Below are positions 58,689 through 64,000 of a stretch of DNA of 64,000 nucleotides, one piece after another. The stretch lies in NCBI GenBank assembly GCA_000934665.2, contig KZ537982.1, positions 62,001-126,000 of the forward strand, written 5' to 3'. Source of the stretch: Catajapyx aquilonaris (Eukaryota). The stretch's first letter is position 1; the number at the start of each line of letters is the position of its first letter. The position numbers and the translations under genes are program-made. Below the pieces are notes generated by a model. The model was given only the letters and a program-made list of their open reading frames with translations, made no database searches and was not told the origin of the DNA.

Positions 58689-59281
58689 ATGGCCAGCGGT
58701 GGGAGCGTGTCCCCGACCGGGTCGTCCGGCGTGGGAGGATCTGCCACCAACAGCCCGCAAGATATGGTGCTGGACCAGCAGTCGCAGCAGAACAAGGGCA
58801 ATCAGGTGGTGCACATTAGGGGCGACTCTGACTCCGAGCTGCAGGCCCTCTTCGACTCAGTGCTCAAGCCGGACTCTAAACGCCCTCTCCAAGTCCCATT
58901 GAGGATGAGGAAGCTGCCCAACTCATTCTTCAACCCTCCAAACACTGGATCCAAGTCGCCCTCCGTGTCCCACAGCAGGGAGAACAGCTCTGATGGGTTC
59001 GGCACGGGGACGACCACCAGCACAACCACCTCGGGGCCGCCCATATCCTCATCGGGACTGCCAATACACCACCCGAGGGCGCACAGCTCCCCAGCCACCC
59101 TCCAGCAGACCTACGCGTCCGCACAGCAGTCCTCCACGTCCCAGCAGCAGCCTGGTGGACCTCAGGGACAGCCCCCACCTGCCTCCGGACACATCAAGTC
59201 CCACAGCTACGACCTGGCAGACGACCTGCCCTTCGGATGGGAACAGGCCAGGACGCCAGAGGGACAGGCCTACTTCATCAA
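58689..59281 (+). CDS. yki: Yorkie/YAP transcriptional coactivator, first coding exon (gene continues beyond the window)
   Basis: TEAD/Scalloped-binding domain GNQVVHIRGDSDSELQALFDSVL…QVPLRMRKLPNSFFNPP. LATS/Warts motifs HSRENS and HPRAHSSPA. Start of WW domain LPFGWEQARTPEGQAYFI. Donor AA|gtaagt at 59281/59282. Confidence 0.95.
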
Positions 59282-62200
59282 GTAAGTCCAGCAAGGTGCA
59301 CCACCGTTCGTAATGGCCGCGCGGGACAGGCGCGCAAACGCAAAACTGGAAGCGAAAGCAGCCCGGGGGACATGAAAGCGCTTTCGTAACACTCAAACGG
59401 ACACTCTTACTTCAGACATTGGCACCCCTGATCTGTTCACTAGTGCCAATGTCGCCTGAAGGAAAGCCGAACCGGATTTATGGACGATTTTTCTGGACAA
59501 CAATCAGGATATACGCCAAGTTTCCGCACAGATTTTACACCAAAAAATTGCGCGCATATACACCTGCATTGGCATTCAGGTGGGGGCTCCCCTGCACCTG
59601 CACCCACCCTGTATTCAGGCAAAGCAACGGAGCATAACCGTACATTAATATTCATGATATGGTGGCTTGATTTAATTCGGGTGCCCAGCAGCATCCACCA
59701 TTTTAGTCTAGCCACAAAATTTTTGGTCTGACCTCCGCCCTCGGTTTAACTCAACCCTCCTCTCTTGGGGTCTGTGTTGGTTCCTTTTGTCCCTCACTTC
59801 ACTCCACCCTCTTCAATCACGCCCATACTGCTCTGGCATTACAAAGCGAGGTCGACGGACTCACTAATTGCGCTAGATGGGAACCAAAGACATATTGCCA
59901 ATGAAAGAGAAGCGACGATTGCTGCTTACACTGTTGTCGCCCTTTGCCTCCTTCTGGATGCAAAGGCAGAGCGAGGATAGCATTTAAATTAATATTAATC
60001 TTTTCTGGTTTACTTATGCTAGCATCAATTTTAGCGCCATCATTTGTGTGTATAACTAATTTTATAAGGACCAGTTTTCTCTGTACCCATGATGTATTTT
60101 AGACAAGTTTATCTGCTCAGTAAAAACCTGTCTGCATAGAAATCCAAGAAAAATTATTTTACTGGACAAGTTTCCATTTATGACAAACTACCACTACTAC
60201 AACAACAATTTAATTGTCAAGTTTCATACGTGCAGTACTGCAGTATGTGCACTGCCGGTTAAAAATAACGCCTAATTAGCTAATAGCAATAACATTCACG
60301 GCATAAGAAACGCTTAATGGAATTGGTGGCGGGATTTTGTGACATGCATCAAAATTTCCCGAGTCGAGCATACGCCCATTTTTTTATATATAATCCGGTG
60401 CAACGACCTATAGGCATGTACGGGGTGGTGTCGTCACTCCGGACAATTTGCAAAATAGATGTAGCAACCATGGTGTTCTTGCTGAGTAGCCTGAACGCTC
60501 TCAGCATTAACTGTAATCTGGTCCTAATAATGTTTTGACGCCACAGCTCCCCCCGAGTGTGGCCGCGAAACAGATGGTCCAGATGACGGCATCCACCATG
60601 AGCCAAGAGAGAATTTTCAAATTGCACATTTTTTTAAAGGGGACAACCATTGCTGCGGTTACCACTTTGGGCAATTGCTCCAGGTCGTACAAAAAAAAGA
60701 GAGCACTCAAGTCCCCCTGTACATAGAGTTAACAAGGGTTTCCCCATCTCATACTTGACTCGTTTATTTTTGGCCTGCTGACCCTCGCAGTCTGGACTCA
60801 TGCTTCCGACTCTCTTGCCATTTATGTACAGGCTTACAGGTTGTGTAGTACGGGTTTTTCGGTGTTGTGGAGGCTCGTCTTCGACACCGTTCTCTAGGGT
60901 ACAGACGTGGGATTGGTCCCAAGAATAGGGCTGGGATTTTACCACCTGAAAATTTTTGTGAGTGCTTGGAAAGGACTGAAGTGCATTCACGTGTAACCAG
61001 ACAATCCTCGTCTCACGGGAAGTTTCCGACTATCGCACTGGGGTTGAGAAAGCTGGGCTGGAGCCACGTACTCTGGACTGTCAATATCCTACTATCAGTT
61101 TAGATATTGGTGGGTTGACAGGTGAAAAGTCTGTTGCTCCAGGGGATGTGTACGCCCCCGTACTGTCCCCCGAAACTTCCAAAAAGTGGCAGGGAGGTCC
61201 TATCCGGAATAAGGGGGGAGCCGAGCCCAAAATAGGTGGGGCAATTTTTAGATTAGCATTTCTCTTGTTTGTATGGAGAGTGAGGCTGTGGGACGTGGAG
61301 CTGAACGTACCCCCAGAATGACGACGTGAACGCGCCCGGTACAGTACAGGGTCCAAATAAGGCCACATTACAACTTATACTATGTACGTTTAATATTCAA
61401 CGAACTTCACACAAAAAAAAATATCTAACGGGTCTCACCTAATGAGGTACACGTTCCAAAAAGGTCATACCTTGACACCTGCCAGCGTCCTAAATAAGTG
61501 CTGTAAAATGTCTATTCGTTACTACCTTCCTGCCCAGGAGCTCGTTACACTCTTTCCTTGAAGTGGAACGGGTGAGTAACAGTGGAACGATTTAATAAGA
61601 TTTTTAGGAGGGGGGGGGGGGTGTAGGCCCACAAAATGGCGGCTTAAGCTTCACACACTTGATACGCACTTGAGCTATTTTCGGGGGGAGAGCGAAGTCT
61701 GGTGAAAGTAATTAGACACCCAGCCGAGATCCGCTTTGGGAGTTGAGGGTATACCATTTGTACCGTTGGTCAGTTCGCAAGTTTAGACCTGTTTAGACCC
61801 CCCCAGAAATGGATACCCAGTTTGGGTTTGGAAGGTCGAGAAAAATTGAGTTTGTATCCGGGGTCGTGGTGGTGACCATGGGAAGGTCACTGCAGGTTGA
61901 CTGTTTAGATACGCCTATCGTGGGACTGACAGCCAAGCGTGTAGGGAATAACCTGTTGCGAGCAGTGGGAATCGAGGCATTGGGTGTGAAAATTTTTATA
62001 TGGGTTTTTGGGTATCTGTGAAAGTATCCCGCTGTATTGGCACGCGACTTGAAGCGCTCGAAATTGATATCTGAGCAATTTTTTTTTTACTCTGCAAATG
62101 AATAAACAGACGCAAAAAAATATTGTCGCACTGTATCCATGTGGTGTCCCGCGACTTGTTGTTTATCCTAGGCGAGTACATTAACAATAACCTGCACCTG

Positions 62201-64000
62201 TACAGATATTGGTCCCACCTGTCAGCATTGATTGAACCGTTGTGTTACCATATGACATGAAGCATGCCGCACGTCTGCGTGGTCGTGTCTTCCGACGCGT
62301 TTTCATGGCCGGGGTCTGGCTTTTTTTTTTCTTTTTTTTCCACGGACGTCCCAGGGAAGAGGAAATGACGTGACCGACATGGGAAATGTGGAAATTAGAT
62401 AGCATGGCAGAATGAGCACTTAACGAACCTACCTGTACACTTTGAAGCGAATCGGAGAAACATTTGAAATTTTAAATACTGTCGTTGAGGAAGTGCAGCC
62501 GACGGGTTTACGGTCTCCACGTGTAAGTGTTGTCTATATGCGAAAAATTGGTTGTGAATGGCGATTCTTTTTTGCACGTGTGTGTTACGTGCTGAAAAGT
62601 ATAGAGGAATCTCATTCGTGGCGATAAAAGGGAGCAGAGTAGGTGGAGTTACGTTTTTTTTGCATAAAAATAATAGGCCGTAGCCTCGTAAATTTGTGCG
62701 GAATTTGTCCGAAATTGGACAATTCCAGCAAAAGAATGTGGACACCAGGTTTTTGGCCTGTTGAATTTTCCTGCTACCTGCACGCACGACACGCATGGTC
62801 TTACCTAGCAATTGCGCGGATTTTTTTTTCTCGTTACGAGTTTATAACCTGGCGTCTTCGATGATGAATGGAGCAGGCGTATGTTTCCTGGAGTGAGTCA
62901 CCTAGCGATGACCTCAGGTATCGGCCCGCGCACCTGTGCTGATATTCGTGACTACGTAATGTCAATAACGGAAAGGAGGACGCGTCATGATTTTTTCCAC
63001 GTTGAATTCGGCGATCAACGAACCTGAATCAATATGAGGCCGGAAATTGAAACTGGCGGCCATGACAGTTAAGGGCAAAAGCTGGTGTGACTTCTTCCAA
63101 ATGGATGTCACCAGGACGTGCACCCAGCTGGTGTCAAAATGAGTGCTCGCAGGTGTGAAACGAGAAGGGTTTGACCTTGCACTACCTGATTCGCCCGAGT
63201 GCATCGGCGGCCAGGAGAAAGGATGGGACAAGGTCATCTTCTTTCTCCCCACATGCCCCCTTATCAAAAGGTGAGAGTGTACGTGCCATATTGCCACTCG
63301 GAGACACGTGAGCCGGATACGGAAATGCAGGAACTGGCGGAACCGGATTCTCACATTGTCACCACCTCGGACTTGACCACCTGGTATTATAAGATGGTGA
63401 GGTCCATCCAAGTCGCCCATCTTTTATTGCCTAACTGTTGGGCTGATATCCCGTTGGACTCTGCAAGTCGTTTGTTGATAGCGATGCATAACGGTAGTAT
63501 CGGATAGAACCATTTAGAGGCCTCATCACACCCCTCATTACACATGCATGAGCATAATTTGGCGGACCCAGCAAGACGTGGCCTACTTATATTTGGCCAC
63601 CCCTTTTGGTCAGAGCAGGGTAATTATTATCGTAGTGCATATGTGTCCTAAGTGCGGGCTTATTAACCTTTTGCCCCGTGTCGCATGGTGCGTTTTGTTG
63701 AGGAGAAAACAGGCACGCAGGATGCTGACGTGCGTGGGAATGAGCCAGTTTTGGTAACTTTGACCCCTGACTGTGGACTTCCATAAAGCAGACCTCCCTG
63801 AGAGCCATAAAAGCCACGGGGTAGCTCAAGTGACTACCGCAATGGGTTTCTTATGTAATGTTCGAAAATTTTCGGTTTTTGGAAGTTAGTGTGTGAAGGA
63901 GTCGGTTTCTTCATTTCCTTTTTTTTTTTTTCGGTGGATAGGGGGAGCCATGTGGGGTGTGGAAAAAGCTCCACCGAAAATAAACCCGACCCCAACTTGA

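Noticed and set aside
59282..64000. Further yorkie exons or other genes in the last 4.7 kb
   Set aside because: No continuation of the WW domain (expected phase-2 exon starting N-H…T-W-x-D-P-R) was found; treated as the first intron.

Overview
Gene-dense eukaryotic genomic DNA with spliceosomal introns, most likely arthropod given the Yorkie, UTX and glycogenin sequences; no prokaryotic features. I built gene models by hand from GT-AG signals and reading-frame phase. In order: FUNDC1 (- strand, 3 coding exons); a C2H2 zinc-finger gene preceded by a dense, partly nested cluster of MITE/foldback elements; an 18-exon UTX/KDM6A H3K27 demethylase with a 23.6-kb CpG- and E-box-rich intron and an intronic mariner relic; glycogenin with two alternative terminal exons; CMC4; a tightly packed intronless trio of an unknown 64-aa membrane microprotein, NDUFAF8 and PIG-M (gaps of 7 and 99 nt); and the first coding exon of yorkie/YAP. 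The two most striking candidates are a bi- or tricistronic microprotein-NDUFAF8-PIG-M unit, reminiscent of human PYURF-PIGY, and a glycogenin isoform switch between a short linker with one glycogen-synthase-binding motif and a long His/Gln-rich linker with two. All family assignments rest on recalled motifs; no database search was run.
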